DNA of 64,000 nt from Vicinamibacterales bacterium (GCA_963762055.1 CAVXJF010000007.1:71452-135451), one strand, 5' to 3'; positions 7,325 to 16,791 are shown, counted from the stretch's first letter. The notes: generated from the letters alone by a model not told the origin. Numbers and translations: made by a program.

Positions 7325-9765
7325 TATTGACCAACCACCCGCAGGAGCAGTTCCTGCGCGCGTGGATATCCCGGAGCCACTTCAATCGCCGCAAGCACCG
7401 CGCGGCGCGCTTGCACCTTGTCTCCCAGAGCGAGATAACTTTCGGCCAGGTCGGAATGTGCCCCCGCCATATCGAGCGACCCAGCGGCAACCGCAGCACG
7501 AAATTCGCGGACGGCCGATTGGGGATCGCCAGCTTGCATTTTCAGCCGCCCGAGCGCTGTGTGATTCGCTGCATCGAACGGATCGAGCTGCGCGATGCGC
7601 TCGTAGGCAGCTACGCGCTTCGCTGCGGGAGCGCCGGTGGCTTCAAGCTGTTTTGCAAGCAGCCGCGCCGCATCGAGATCAGTATTGGCGTGCTGCAGCA
7701 GCTTCTCGAGCTCGCTGATCGCGCGTGTCGCGTCCTTCCGCTCGAGCGCCATCTGCGCAAGCGCTGCATGCGGGCTTCGTGGGCCGGTGGCCATCGGCAC
7801 CATCTCTGCCGCCCGCTCGTACACCTTGAATGCTTCGTCGGTGCGGCCGGCCTTGCGAAGGTACTCTCCCAGCGCCACCTGAGCCTGGAAGCTCTCTGGA
7901 AACGCCGCGGCGATTGCCTCCGGATTGCCCTTGCCCGGCTCGAGCTCCTTCGGCGGCTTCAGCGCCTTGACGATCACCCCGTATTTCGACGTCAGCACGT
8001 TGTCGAAGTCGGCCTGCAGCTTGTCGATGTCGACGCCCAGCCCGGCCTTGAGTGCCGCCTCCCCTTCGAGCCCCTCGCCATACGACACGAGCAGCTTGCG
8101 GAGCGCGCCCATACCGTACGTGTCGACGATGTGTTCGGTGAGGATCGAGGCCTGGTAATACGCCAGCGAGATCTTCTCCGGATCCTGGAACGCGGCGTTC
8201 AGTTCGCGCAGGGTCATGTGTTCCCCTTCGCCGTACGCCGCGACGAACGACAGCTCGCCCTCGCGCCCCCAGGCGGGAGACCCCAGTTTCTCTTCGTATG
8301 TGGAAATGCCTTCCGTGAGCCACCGCGGCACGCGCTGCTTCGACAACTGCAGGGAGATGACGTGCGCGAGCTCGTGCCACAACGTCGGCGCCCAGTTGAA
8401 GTCGCCAGGTGGCCGCGCCTTCGGCGAGTCGAGCGTCACGACCCGGCCAAAACAGGCGCCGAGCGCGCCGATCATGCCCGGCAGCCCGATGGTGCGAACC
8501 GCGAAGTCGTCGTGCTTCGGGAACATCTCGATGAGAATCGGTCCCTTGGGCGCGAACTTGTACTTTTCCTCGAAGGTCTTCAGCGCGTGTTGCGCGAGCG
8601 GCACGACGTACTCGCGCATGACTGGCGTCTCGCTCGGATGGCTCTTGAACACGATCGGCCCTTCGGTAATCGTGTCGAACTTCTCGAGCGAGTCCATCAT
8701 CGTCAGCAGGTTGAACGTCGTCTTGTCGTATTTGTCGATCGAGAAGGACTTCTCGAGCACCTGCCGCGCTTCGGTCTCGTCGCCCGTTCGGAGAAGCTGC
8801 ACGCCAAGCGCCGAGAGAGTCCGGACATCGGACGGATCGATCTCGAGCGCTTTCCGGCTGAGGGCAACCGCTTCTTCGAACCGGTAGTTGGCGGCCGCGA
8901 GCTCCGCCGGCACGCGATACGCGCCGCTGAACCGCGGGTTGATTTTCAGCGCCGCGTTGGCTTCCTGTTGAAAGTCGCTCTGGCGATCCTCGACATAGGC
9001 CACCGCCGCGCTCCATGCGTGGGCGTCGAGGCTGGCCGGATTGATCGACTTCGCCTTGGCGATAGCCGCCTTGGCGGCCTCACGATCGCTCTTGTCGAGG
9101 TGCAACTGCGCAACGATCAGGTGCGCATCGACGATCGTCGGATCGAGGGAAAGCGCCTGCTCGACCGCCTTCTCGGCTCCCGGCGGATTTACCTCGAGCA
9201 ACGCATGAGCCATTCCGACGAGCGCCGGAATCCATTTGTCGTCGACCTTGAGTGCGTCCTGGAATGACTGTGCCGCCTCGGCGTTGTCGTGGACCTGCAG
9301 GAACAGATCGCCCCAGCCGGTGTGAAACGCGGGATCGTTGGGCGCTTTTTCGGTCGCGATGCGATATGCATCGTTGGCGAGCTGGAATTCTCCGAGCGCA
9401 CGAGCCGCGCGCCCAAGGCGGGCGTAATCGGCAGGGGACGTACCCGATCCGACCTGCGTGTCGGCGATGCGCTGCAGCATCGGGCGCGATTCGTCCCGGC
9501 GCCCCATCATTTCGTAGAACAGCGCCAGTTCCAGAGCCGCTTCGCCCTGAGGCAGCTTCCCGGCCAACGGCTTCAAGAGCGCTTCGGCTTCTGCGTATTG
9601 GCCGCTGTTGATGGCCGCGCGCGCTTTGACGACGGTTGGATCGACAGCTCCCTGGGCGTAGGCGATGCGGCTGGTCCGCCCGTCGGAGACCGAACCGATG
9701 GCCAGCGCCACCGCGAGGAAGCGGACCAGCGCGCCACGCCACATACCGGGCTTCATGGAAAGCAT
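7324..9765 (-). CDS. TPR-repeat protein with embedded MA-clan (HExxH...E) metallopeptidase domain
   Basis: 813 aa with a signal peptide and TPR blocks on both sides of WHELAHVISL...TEGISTYEE. Its stop overlaps the start of the downstream gene by 1 nt. Confidence 0.65.
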   Translation of the reverse strand: MLSMKPGMWRGALVRFLAVALAIGSVSDGRTSRIAYAQGAVDPTVVKARAAINSGQYAEAEALLKPLAGKLPQGEAALELALFYEMMGRRDESRPMLQRIADTQVGSGTSPADYARLGRAARALGEFQLANDAYRIATEKAPNDPAFHTGWGDLFLQVHDNAEAAQSFQDALKVDDKWIPALVGMAHALLEVNPPGAEKAVEQALSLDPTIVDAHLIVAQLHLDKSDREAAKAAIAKAKSINPASLDAHAWSAAVAYVEDRQSDFQQEANAALKINPRFSGAYRVPAELAAANYRFEEAVALSRKALEIDPSDVRTLSALGVQLLRTGDETEARQVLEKSFSIDKYDKTTFNLLTMMDSLEKFDTITEGPIVFKSHPSETPVMREYVVPLAQHALKTFEEKYKFAPKGPILIEMFPKHDDFAVRTIGLPGMIGALGACFGRVVTLDSPKARPPGDFNWAPTLWHELAHVISLQLSKQRVPRWLTEGISTYEEKLGSPAWGREGELSFVAAYGEGEHMTLRELNAAFQDPEKISLAYYQASILTEHIVDTYGMGALRKLLVSYGEGLEGEAALKAGLGVDIDKLQADFDNVLTSKYGVIVKALKPPKELEPGKGNPEAIAAAFPESFQAQVALGEYLRKAGRTDEAFKVYERAAEMVPMATGPRSPHAALAQMALERKDATRAISELEKLLQHANTDLDAARLLAKQLEATGAPAAKRVAAYERIAQLDPFDAANHTALGRLKMQAGDPQSAVREFRAAVAAGSLDMAGAHSDLAESYLALGDKVQARRAVLAAIEVAPGYPRAQELLLRVVGQ

Positions 9766-9768
9766 TTA

Positions 9769-10119
9769 TTATGCGCGGTTGCCGCGATTGTCGTCATCCG
9801 GATCGTAGTTGCCGCCGCCGACATTCCCTGCCTCGTCGAGGAACACCATCGACTGGTGCGAGGGAATCTCGAAGCGCTTGCCGCACGCCTTGCACGTGAC
9901 GTCATCGTCCATCCGGATGAGATAATCACGCAGCTTTGCGAACAGCGCGCGGTCCCTTGCATCGGCGTTGCCGGGAATGTTTTTCTTCTTCGTCCGGCGC
10001 ATCCAGCGCACCATGTATTCGTTGCGCCGCTTGCAGCGGGGACACGAGTATTGAACCGGCCGCTGCTCGGGCCGCTCAGTAAAAAAGTCCCGTTCGTCCA
10101 TGGACCAATCATATCCCAT
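9769..10119 (-). CDS. zinc-ribbon protein, function unknown
   Basis: Contains CPRCKRR...CKACGKR. The start is at 10119 or 10101. It overlaps the divergent gene start at 10100. Confidence 0.45.
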   Translation of the reverse strand: MGYDWSMDERDFFTERPEQRPVQYSCPRCKRRNEYMVRWMRRTKKKNIPGNADARDRALFAKLRDYLIRMDDDVTCKACGKRFEIPSHQSMVFLDEAGNVGGGNYDPDDDNRGNRA

Positions 10120-11227
10120 CGTCTTTTACGTTTCGGGGCACGGCTTCGGCCACACATCGCGCGTCATCGAAGTGATTCATGCGGTGCTCCGGGCAATGCC
10201 CGGGGTCAGAATTACCGTCAAAACCGGGGCCCCGCGGGCGTTGTTCGAGCGGACGCTCGCCGACCGGATCGAGCTCGTCGAGCTCGAGTGTGACGCCGGA
10301 GTGGTGCAAAGGGACAGCCTGAGTATCGATGCCGCCGAAACGGTGCGGCAGGCAAAGGCATTTCAGGCGCGCCTGCCGGCGCTTGCGGCGGCGGAAGCGG
10401 CATTCCTGAAAGCGTCCGCCGGGCGTCTCGTCGTTGGCGACATTCCCCCGCTTGCGTTTGCCGCCGCCGAGAGTGCGGGCGTCCCATCGATCGGCATCGG
10501 CAATTTCACCTGGGATTGGATATACGAGGGCTATCCGGAGGAGAGCCCTGAGGACCTTGCGCGCGACATCCGTCGCGGCTACGAGAAGGCAACCCTCATG
10601 TTGCGGCTGCCGATGTCGGCAGGCTTTGCAGGTCTCGATACGATCACGCGGGATATTCCCTTCATCGCTCGCAAATCGAACCGCGCGCAAAACGACGTGC
10701 GCCTCGCCCTGGGCCTCATGCCCCGCCCTGAGGGAAAGCCGCTCGTTCTCATGTCGTTCGGCAGGTACGGCGTAGATGGCCTGAACGCACGGACGCTCGC
10801 CGCGCTCGACGAGTACGTCATTGCGACGACGACGGCCCCGCCGCCAGGCCGGGAAGAGACACCGAACGTGTTGTACATCTCCGAGCAACAGCTGCTCGAA
10901 AGAGGCCTCCAATATCAGGACCTCGTCCTTGCCGCCGACGTCGTCGTCGCCAAGCCCGGCTACGGCATCATCAGCGAAGCCATGGCAAACGACACCGCAC
11001 TGCTCTACACATCACGCGGCCGTTTTGTCGAATACGACGTGCTGGTCAACGAAATGCCACGATTCCTGAGAGCGCAATTCATCGAGCAGGAGGATTTGTT
11101 GAGTGGGAAGTGGGCAGCCGCACTGGAAAGCCTGCTACGCCAGCCGGCGGCACCCGAGAGACCGGCATTGAATGGTGCGGAAGTTGTGGCAGGGGAAATT
11201 GTGAGACGAGTAAGGAAGACCGAATAA
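10100..11227 (+). CDS. GT-B fold glycosyltransferase-like protein (GT28/MurG-related)
   Basis: The N-terminal FYVSGHGFGHTSRV motif and the C-terminal VVAKPGYGIISEA segment resemble MurG-type nucleotide-sugar transferases. The family assignment is from memory only. Confidence 0.45.
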   Translation: MDQSYPIVFYVSGHGFGHTSRVIEVIHAVLRAMPGVRITVKTGAPRALFERTLADRIELVELECDAGVVQRDSLSIDAAETVRQAKAFQARLPALAAAEAAFLKASAGRLVVGDIPPLAFAAAESAGVPSIGIGNFTWDWIYEGYPEESPEDLARDIRRGYEKATLMLRLPMSAGFAGLDTITRDIPFIARKSNRAQNDVRLALGLMPRPEGKPLVLMSFGRYGVDGLNARTLAALDEYVIATTTAPPPGREETPNVLYISEQQLLERGLQYQDLVLAADVVVAKPGYGIISEAMANDTALLYTSRGRFVEYDVLVNEMPRFLRAQFIEQEDLLSGKWAAALESLLRQPAAPERPALNGAEVVAGEIVRRVRKTE

Positions 11228-11256
11228 CGCAAAAGGAATAACGGTTTTGCGTTTTT
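11228..11256. terminator. intrinsic terminator hairpin between convergent genes
   Basis: The structure is acgcaaaa-ggaataacgg-ttttgcgt followed by TTTT. Confidence 0.6.
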
Positions 11257-11261
11257 CCTTA

Positions 11262-11896
11262 TCAGAATCGAATGTGATGCACCCACGCCGGAGGCACGTT
11301 GACCCAGACCCACTCGCGCGCGAATTCGCGCTCGCCGAGAACGCCGTCGATGGCTTCCCCGACGCCCTTCAGGCGCGTGCGCTCGGGGCCGGCGCTGACG
11401 AACATCTTTGCCGGCCGAATGAGAATGTACTGGAAGAACGAGAGTATGCCCCCCGGCTTGAGGAGCTTGCCGTAGGCCTGCAGGATATCGCGCACGTCCT
11501 CGGATGAAAAATTGTTGAGCGGAAGGCCCGAGATCACGACGTCGAATTGTCCTTCGTGGCCGAGCTGCTGAACCGAACCCTCAATCAGATGACAGCGGCT
11601 CGCGGCGTCGCGGAACGACGGCTTTTCTTTGAACGCGCCGCGCAGATGCGCCGCAAACGTCGGGTTCAGCTCCACCATCCACAACTGATCGTCGTGCCGC
11701 AGGCGGTCGATGATGCACGAGGTCACCGCCCCGGTTCCCGGTCCCGCCTCCAGAATCTTCTGCGGCGCTGTCCCGTCGCCGACGTAACGGCAAAGCGCGG
11801 AGCCCAGCGCGCGGCCGCTGGGAATCACTGAGCCCGTCGTGTTGTAGTTGCGGAGAAACTGGGTGAGGAACGTCTGGTAATCGGCCAGCCGATTCA
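11262..11896 (-). CDS. pmtA: phospholipid N-methyltransferase, Sinorhizobium PmtA type
   Basis: From ATG 11896 the motifs SVIPSGRALG, ILEAGPGTGAVT, FDVVISGLPLNNF and the C-terminal VNVPPAWVHHIRF parallel the S. meliloti PmtA layout as I recall it. Confidence 0.6.
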
Positions 11897-11958
11897 TGAT
11901 CTCGCGTCCCTCGACTGGCGCTCGGGACGCCCTGAGGGAACTCGAAGGGCGGGGGCTG

Positions 11959-12684
11959 CTACCCCCGGCGTGGCTTCGCGGCTTCAGAGTCATTGGCGCA
12001 AATCACCAGCGACCAGATGCGCGGAAGATTCACCTTTTCGATCGACGCGGCACGGAGGCCCGTCTGCGCCAGGAACGCGGGCAGGTCGAAATCGGATTTG
12101 AAGCCGAGGTGCACGGTAAGCGGTGCAATCGCGCGTTCGAGCTTCGACGTGACGATGTTGTCGCTGAGGAAATGATTCAGGAACACGAGGCGTCCACCCG
12201 GACGGCACACGCGCCGCATCTCCCGCGTGACAGCCAGCGGATCGGGCACGCAGCTGATGAAGTAGGGGGCGTAGACGATGTCGAACGAATTGTCAGGGAA
12301 CTTCAACTCGGTCGCATCCATCTGAATGAGCCGCACGTTGCGGAGCTTGTATTGCTCCACGCGCGCGCGGGCGCGCTCGAGCATGCCTTCGGAAAGGTCA
12401 ATCGCGGTCACAGAACACTTGGCTGGATACAGCGGAAGACTGATACCGGTCCCAACGCCTACCTCGAGAATCCGGTCGTCAGGCGCGATGGCCATGCGGG
12501 CAATGGCTTTCGCGCGGCCGTGATGCAAAGGGAGCCCGAAAAACAGGTCATACACCGAGGCCATTTTCTCGTAGACGCCTTCGACGAAGGACGTCTCGAG
12601 CGATATGGCCGACAAAGAACGTGTTGCAGCGTCTGAAGTGATTGCGAATTCTTTATCCTCTTCTCTCGGGAAGAGCAGCGCCAT
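11959..12684 (-). CDS. pmtA: class I SAM methyltransferase, Rhodobacter PmtA/UbiE-like type
   Basis: Motifs VYDLFFG, ILEVGVGTGISLPLY, AIDLSEGML and FDIVYAPYFISCVPDP are present. Confidence 0.55.
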   Translation of the reverse strand: MALLFPREEDKEFAITSDAATRSLSAISLETSFVEGVYEKMASVYDLFFGLPLHHGRAKAIARMAIAPDDRILEVGVGTGISLPLYPAKCSVTAIDLSEGMLERARARVEQYKLRNVRLIQMDATELKFPDNSFDIVYAPYFISCVPDPLAVTREMRRVCRPGGRLVFLNHFLSDNIVTSKLERAIAPLTVHLGFKSDFDLPAFLAQTGLRAASIEKVNLPRIWSLVICANDSEAAKPRRG

Positions 12685-12706
12685 TACGCCTCCGTCGAGG
12701 ACTATA

Positions 12707-13360
12707 TCAGATCGTCATACGTTGGTGAGCAAGCGTCTTGCCATCAATCAGGAGGTAGGAAGCCGACACCTCTTCGAGACCGATCGACGGCACGTGCTGA
12801 CGCTCGGCCACCGTGTATTTGTGGTGATGGCCAAAGAGATGCGCCCGCGGCTGCATAGCGGCGAGGACTTCGTTGATTGGTGTCTTGCCGGCGTCCTGTA
12901 CTCTCGGCAGAGGATAGGGACGAGCGGCTTCGTGTGACAGGAAGATGTCGATGCCCTTCATGGCCGAACATGCGTCGACCTCGCTGCGTACGAAGTGACG
13001 GCGGCGGTCGTCGCGCGCTGACAATCGCCGGAGCTCGAGTGTCGGCTTTTCGTACCACGTCGGCGCGTACGTGCCGCCTAGCCCCGCCAGGCGGAATCCC
13101 TCGGCCTCGACGATCGCGCCATTCGGGATGTAGTACAGGTTCGGCAGCGTACCGCCGCCGGCTGGCTGGGCGGCGACGAAATCGAAGTCTTCGTTGTTGC
13201 CTTTGATCCAATACAGGGGAGAGCGCGGCGTCGGGTACTCCCCGCTCTCCGAGGCAACGTCGCCGGGACAAACCCAGAATGCGACCTCCGGATGGCGCGC
13301 CATCACGCGATCGAGCGCCTCGAAGTCGCCATGCAGATCGCCAATCGCGCCAAAGAACAT
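12707..13360 (-). CDS. metallophosphoesterase
   Basis: From ATG 13360 the protein reads MFFGAIGDLHGDF, followed by GDV, GNNED and GHHH motifs. The upstream part of the ORF-track entry overlaps the next gene. Confidence 0.7.
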   Translation of the reverse strand: MFFGAIGDLHGDFEALDRVMARHPEVAFWVCPGDVASESGEYPTPRSPLYWIKGNNEDFDFVAAQPAGGGTLPNLYYIPNGAIVEAEGFRLAGLGGTYAPTWYEKPTLELRRLSARDDRRRHFVRSEVDACSAMKGIDIFLSHEAARPYPLPRVQDAGKTPINEVLAAMQPRAHLFGHHHKYTVAERQHVPSIGLEEVSASYLLIDGKTLAHQRMTI

Positions 13361-13403
13361 GGAATAGAACCTGAACGTGGAAACTGGAACGCGGAACTGG
13401 AAC
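13361..13403 (-). repeat. GGTTCC-word spacer filling the whole gap between two minus-strand genes
   Basis: The minus strand reads TAG|gttccagttccgcgttccagtttccacgttcaggttctattcc|ATG. It shares the 12-mer GGAACGCGGAAC with 24726-24737. Confidence 0.85.
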
Positions 13404-13889
13404 CTAACGTTGTGCCGGCGTGACAGCGTCAGAAGGCGGCGGCACAAGGAGATCTTTCTTGTCCCAGACGAAATCGGTCCGGTTGTAGACCGCGAGCTCG
13501 TAGTCTTTGCCCATGAAGATCGCGGACACAGGGCACGCCTCTTCGCAAAAGCCGCAGAAGATGCAGCGGGTCTTGTGAATCTGATAGGTGATGGCGTAGC
13601 GCGGTCCCGCCAGCACGGTGCCGTCGTTTTCCGCGGCCTCCAGGTAGATGGCGTCGGCAGGGCACGCAACCGCGCACAGCCCGCATGCGACGCACTTTTC
13701 GAGTCCCGCTTCGTCGCGCATGAGCACCTGTTTCCCGCGCCACTTGGGAAACATCGGCACTTTCTGATCGGGATAATTGACGGTCACCGCCGGCTTGAAC
13801 ATGTACTTGAATGTCGTCGCAAAGCCGGTGATCAATGCCCGTGTATTCTCGAGAATCCGCTTAACCATGCTGGGAACATTGTAAGCCAC
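13404..13889 (-). CDS. nuoI: NuoI-like 2x[4Fe-4S] ferredoxin (NADH-quinone oxidoreductase subunit I family), not in a nuo operon
   Basis: CVACGLCAVACP and CIFCGFCEEACP clusters are present, with the NuoI-type N-terminal region. Confidence 0.75.
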   Translation of the reverse strand: MAYNVPSMVKRILENTRALITGFATTFKYMFKPAVTVNYPDQKVPMFPKWRGKQVLMRDEAGLEKCVACGLCAVACPADAIYLEAAENDGTVLAGPRYAITYQIHKTRCIFCGFCEEACPVSAIFMGKDYELAVYNRTDFVWDKKDLLVPPPSDAVTPAQR

Positions 13890-13930
13890 AATTTGTTAAG
13901 CTCTCCCTTACCGAGGATGCCCGAGCCGAG

Positions 13931-15247
13931 ATGTTCGTAACGGCCGATCAGTTTCTCCTGACGACCCTGGTCGTCAAGATCACGATCGTCGCGGCGCTTG
14001 CCACGATCCTCGTGCGGTACCACCGGTTTCGTCACATTCTGATCTCGGAGCGGCGGGCATGGCCCGAGCGCCTCCTGTTTGCGTTCAGCCTTGGCGTACC
14101 CCTGGCCGCGGGAGTCGCGTCGAGAATTCTGCTCAACTACGACGCGGCCGATCTGACGCTCGAGGGCGCCTTTCTTGCCGGACTGATCGCAGGGCCGTAC
14201 GCCGGGGCGATTGTCGGGCTGATGGTGGCTGTCCCGGCCCTTCTCAGCCACGAGTTCATCGCGCTGTTCTTCGCCGTGGGCTGCGGCTTCGCCGGCGGCG
14301 GCCTGCGCGAAGCCTGCCCGAACAAGGAAGAGATCTGGCACTTCTCGCCGTTTGTCTTCACCAAGCTGCACCGCCACCTATGGCGCATGCTCCGGAACGT
14401 CAGCGTCGACTGGGCCGTCATCTTCCTGCTCGCGCCGGTCGCGCTCGAGCTGCTGCGTCAGGCGCTTGGCTGGCGATTCGGGGAAGCGCGCCTCTTCTTT
14501 CTCGCCCCCGAAAACATGACGCCGTGGCGCATCTCACTGGTGGTGCTGACGACGGTGCTCTGCGTGGCGACCGCGATCAAGATCTGGAACAACGCGCGCA
14601 TCGAACATCGCCTCGAAGAGCAGGAGAAGCTGCTGTTGACCGCGCGCGTCGAAGCGCTGGCCAGCCAGATCAACCCGCACTTTCTCTTCAACACGCTGAC
14701 GTCGATTCAGTCGCTCATCCGCACGAACCCCGAGACCGCCAGGACGGTTGTCGTCAAACTGTCGGGTCTGCTCCGCCGGCTGCTGCGCAGCCGGGATCAT
14801 TTCGTGACGCTGCGCGAGGAGCTCGAATCGATCGACGAATACCTCGACATCGAGGTCATCCGGTTCGGTCCGCAACTCAAGATTGACAAGCAGATCAGCC
14901 CCGACACGCTCGACGTCATCGTGCCCAGCATGATCCTGCAACCGCTGGTCGAGAACTCGATCAAACACGGGTTCTCGCGTAAGGTGGGCGGCGGGCGCAT
15001 CATCATCCGCAGCGTGCGCCACAACGCGCACGCCATCATCGAGGTGGAAGACGACGGGCTCGGGATGACCGAAGATCGAATGAATACGGCGCTGACCGAC
15101 GGGATCGGGCTCAGCAACGTGAACGAACGTCTCAGCGTGATCTACGGATCGGGATATCGCGTGCGGATCACGAGCGCGCCGAACCTCGGGACGATCATCC
15201 GGCTGGAAATCCCCGACATGGTGTCGGCGGAGAGAATTACGGCCTAG
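13931..15247 (+). CDS. LytS/YehU-type sensor histidine kinase
   Basis: A multi-TM N-terminus is followed by the His_kinase motif INPHFLFNTL and an HATPase region (LVENSIKHG, DDGLGM). Confidence 0.85.
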   Translation: MFVTADQFLLTTLVVKITIVAALATILVRYHRFRHILISERRAWPERLLFAFSLGVPLAAGVASRILLNYDAADLTLEGAFLAGLIAGPYAGAIVGLMVAVPALLSHEFIALFFAVGCGFAGGGLREACPNKEEIWHFSPFVFTKLHRHLWRMLRNVSVDWAVIFLLAPVALELLRQALGWRFGEARLFFLAPENMTPWRISLVVLTTVLCVATAIKIWNNARIEHRLEEQEKLLLTARVEALASQINPHFLFNTLTSIQSLIRTNPETARTVVVKLSGLLRRLLRSRDHFVTLREELESIDEYLDIEVIRFGPQLKIDKQISPDTLDVIVPSMILQPLVENSIKHGFSRKVGGGRIIIRSVRHNAHAIIEVEDDGLGMTEDRMNTALTDGIGLSNVNERLSVIYGSGYRVRITSAPNLGTIIRLEIPDMVSAERITA

Positions 15248-15288
15248 GTAAAAAGAGGGTCAGACCCCCTTTTTACGTTTTTTGTAAA
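15248..15288 (+). terminator. nested palindrome / terminator-like hairpin between lytS-like and lytTR genes
   Basis: gtaaaaagagggtc-a-gaccccctttttac is followed by gTTTTTT. About 25 nt (gggtcagacccc(c)tttttacgtttt) recur inside gltB at 58579-58602. Confidence 0.6.
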
Positions 15289-15289
15289 T

Positions 15290-16063
15290 ATGTCATTAAA
15301 AGCCGTGGTCGTGGATGACGAACAGCTCGCCCGGGACGAGCTGTGTTACATGCTCGAACAGATTGGCAGCATCGAAGTCGTCGGCCAGGCTGGCAACGGC
15401 GTCGAGGCCGTCAGTATCGTCGAACGCCTGACGCCCGACGTCCTTTTCCTCGACGTCCAGATGCCCGGACTCAACGGCTTCGAGGTTGCGCACCGGCTCA
15501 TCCAGAACGGCGTGTCACCCAATATCGTGTTCGTGACCGCCTTCGATCGCCATGCCATCGAAGCCTTCGAAGTGAACGCGGTGGACTACCTCCTGAAGCC
15601 GGTCGAGGCCGCGAGGCTCGAGAAGGCCGTCGAGCGGGCGCGGCAGCGGATAGCACCCGCCCGGGAAGGCCCCCTGAACGATCAAATCGAAAAGATCGTC
15701 CAACTTATGGCGGAGCGCCAGCAGAAGCGGGAGCGCGTGGCTGTCAAGGTGGGCGAGCGTTTTCTGCTGGTTCAGGCCGAAGAGATTATCTATGCCTCTC
15801 TGACCGATGACTCGATTAACATAGTAACGAGCCAGCTGGCGGGCACGTCCAATTTCAGGACGCTTGATGAACTTCAAGCGCGGCTCGACCCGGGCGTGTT
15901 CTGGCGCGTGCATCGGTCGCACCTGGTTAACATCAACAAGGTCAAGGAGATAGTCCCCTGGTTCAGCAGGAATTACATCCTCAGGATGAAGGACGCGAAG
16001 GCGACGGAGATACCGGTCAGCCGCGCCCAGACGAAGCGGCTCCGGGAATACCTCCGCCTCTAG
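15290..16063 (+). CDS. LytTR-family response regulator
   Basis: A receiver domain (VVDDE...DVLFLDVQMPG) is followed by a C-terminal LytTR DNA-binding domain. Confidence 0.9.
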   Translation: MSLKAVVVDDEQLARDELCYMLEQIGSIEVVGQAGNGVEAVSIVERLTPDVLFLDVQMPGLNGFEVAHRLIQNGVSPNIVFVTAFDRHAIEAFEVNAVDYLLKPVEAARLEKAVERARQRIAPAREGPLNDQIEKIVQLMAERQQKRERVAVKVGERFLLVQAEEIIYASLTDDSINIVTSQLAGTSNFRTLDELQARLDPGVFWRVHRSHLVNINKVKEIVPWFSRNYILRMKDAKATEIPVSRAQTKRLREYLRL

Positions 16064-16104
16064 ATTCCCTGGATTCCGGGAGCCCCCTTCCGGCTGCCGC
16101 ACGC

Positions 16105-16767
16105 ATGCAGCTGGGTGACGGGGAGCAGCTTCGCATGGGGATGGAACCTGCCCTGGCCGGGGATGCCCCTGCAGCCGTTGCTACCCCGGTCATCGTCTCA
16201 GTGCCAGGCCCCGCCGACCCGGCCGTCCGCTCCAAGACCGCCGAGCGGCTGCGGATGGTCCGCGACGAACTGGTCGCCTGGTTCAAGACGCTCGCCTCGG
16301 CAGCCGTGTATGCCACGTTAATCGTCACGTTCGGCTTCCAGGTGGCGCGCGTCGAAGGCATGAGCATGGCTCCGACGCTGGAAGATCAAGACCGCCTCAT
16401 CGTCAACAAGCTGGCCTACCGCATTGGCGAGCCGCATCACGGCGACATCGTGATGCTCTACTACCCCATCGATCCGAATAAATCGTTCGTCAAACGCGTC
16501 ATCGCCGAAGAAGGTGATACCGTCCGCATCGTCGACGGCAACGTCTTCGTCAACGAGACGCCGATGAAAGACGACTTCGTTCCCGAAGACTATCGCGCAC
16601 ACGACGACTGGGGCCCGCAGGTCATCCCCGAGGGCTATTACTTCGTGCTCGGCGATCATCGCAACAACAGCTCCGACAGCCGTCACTGGGGCTTCGTGCC
16701 GAAGCGCTATATCATCGGGAAAGTCCAGGTCCGGTGGTGGCCGATTCCGACTGCCAGACTCTTCTGA
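16105..16767 (+). CDS. lepB: signal peptidase I
   Basis: Motifs GMSMAPTL, VKRVIA and GDHRNNSSDSRHWGFVP are present. The start codon is uncertain (several in-frame Met). Confidence 0.85.
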   Translation: MQLGDGEQLRMGMEPALAGDAPAAVATPVIVSVPGPADPAVRSKTAERLRMVRDELVAWFKTLASAAVYATLIVTFGFQVARVEGMSMAPTLEDQDRLIVNKLAYRIGEPHHGDIVMLYYPIDPNKSFVKRVIAEEGDTVRIVDGNVFVNETPMKDDFVPEDYRAHDDWGPQVIPEGYYFVLGDHRNNSSDSRHWGFVPKRYIIGKVQVRWWPIPTARLF

Positions 16768-16791
16768 ATGCTGAACTCGTAGGATTGGAAG

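Noticed and set aside
12707-13669. The 320-aa version of the phosphoesterase ORF.
   Set aside because: The upstream 100 codons overlap the nuoI-like gene and the GGTTCC spacer. The conserved GDLHGD motif follows ATG 13360 directly.
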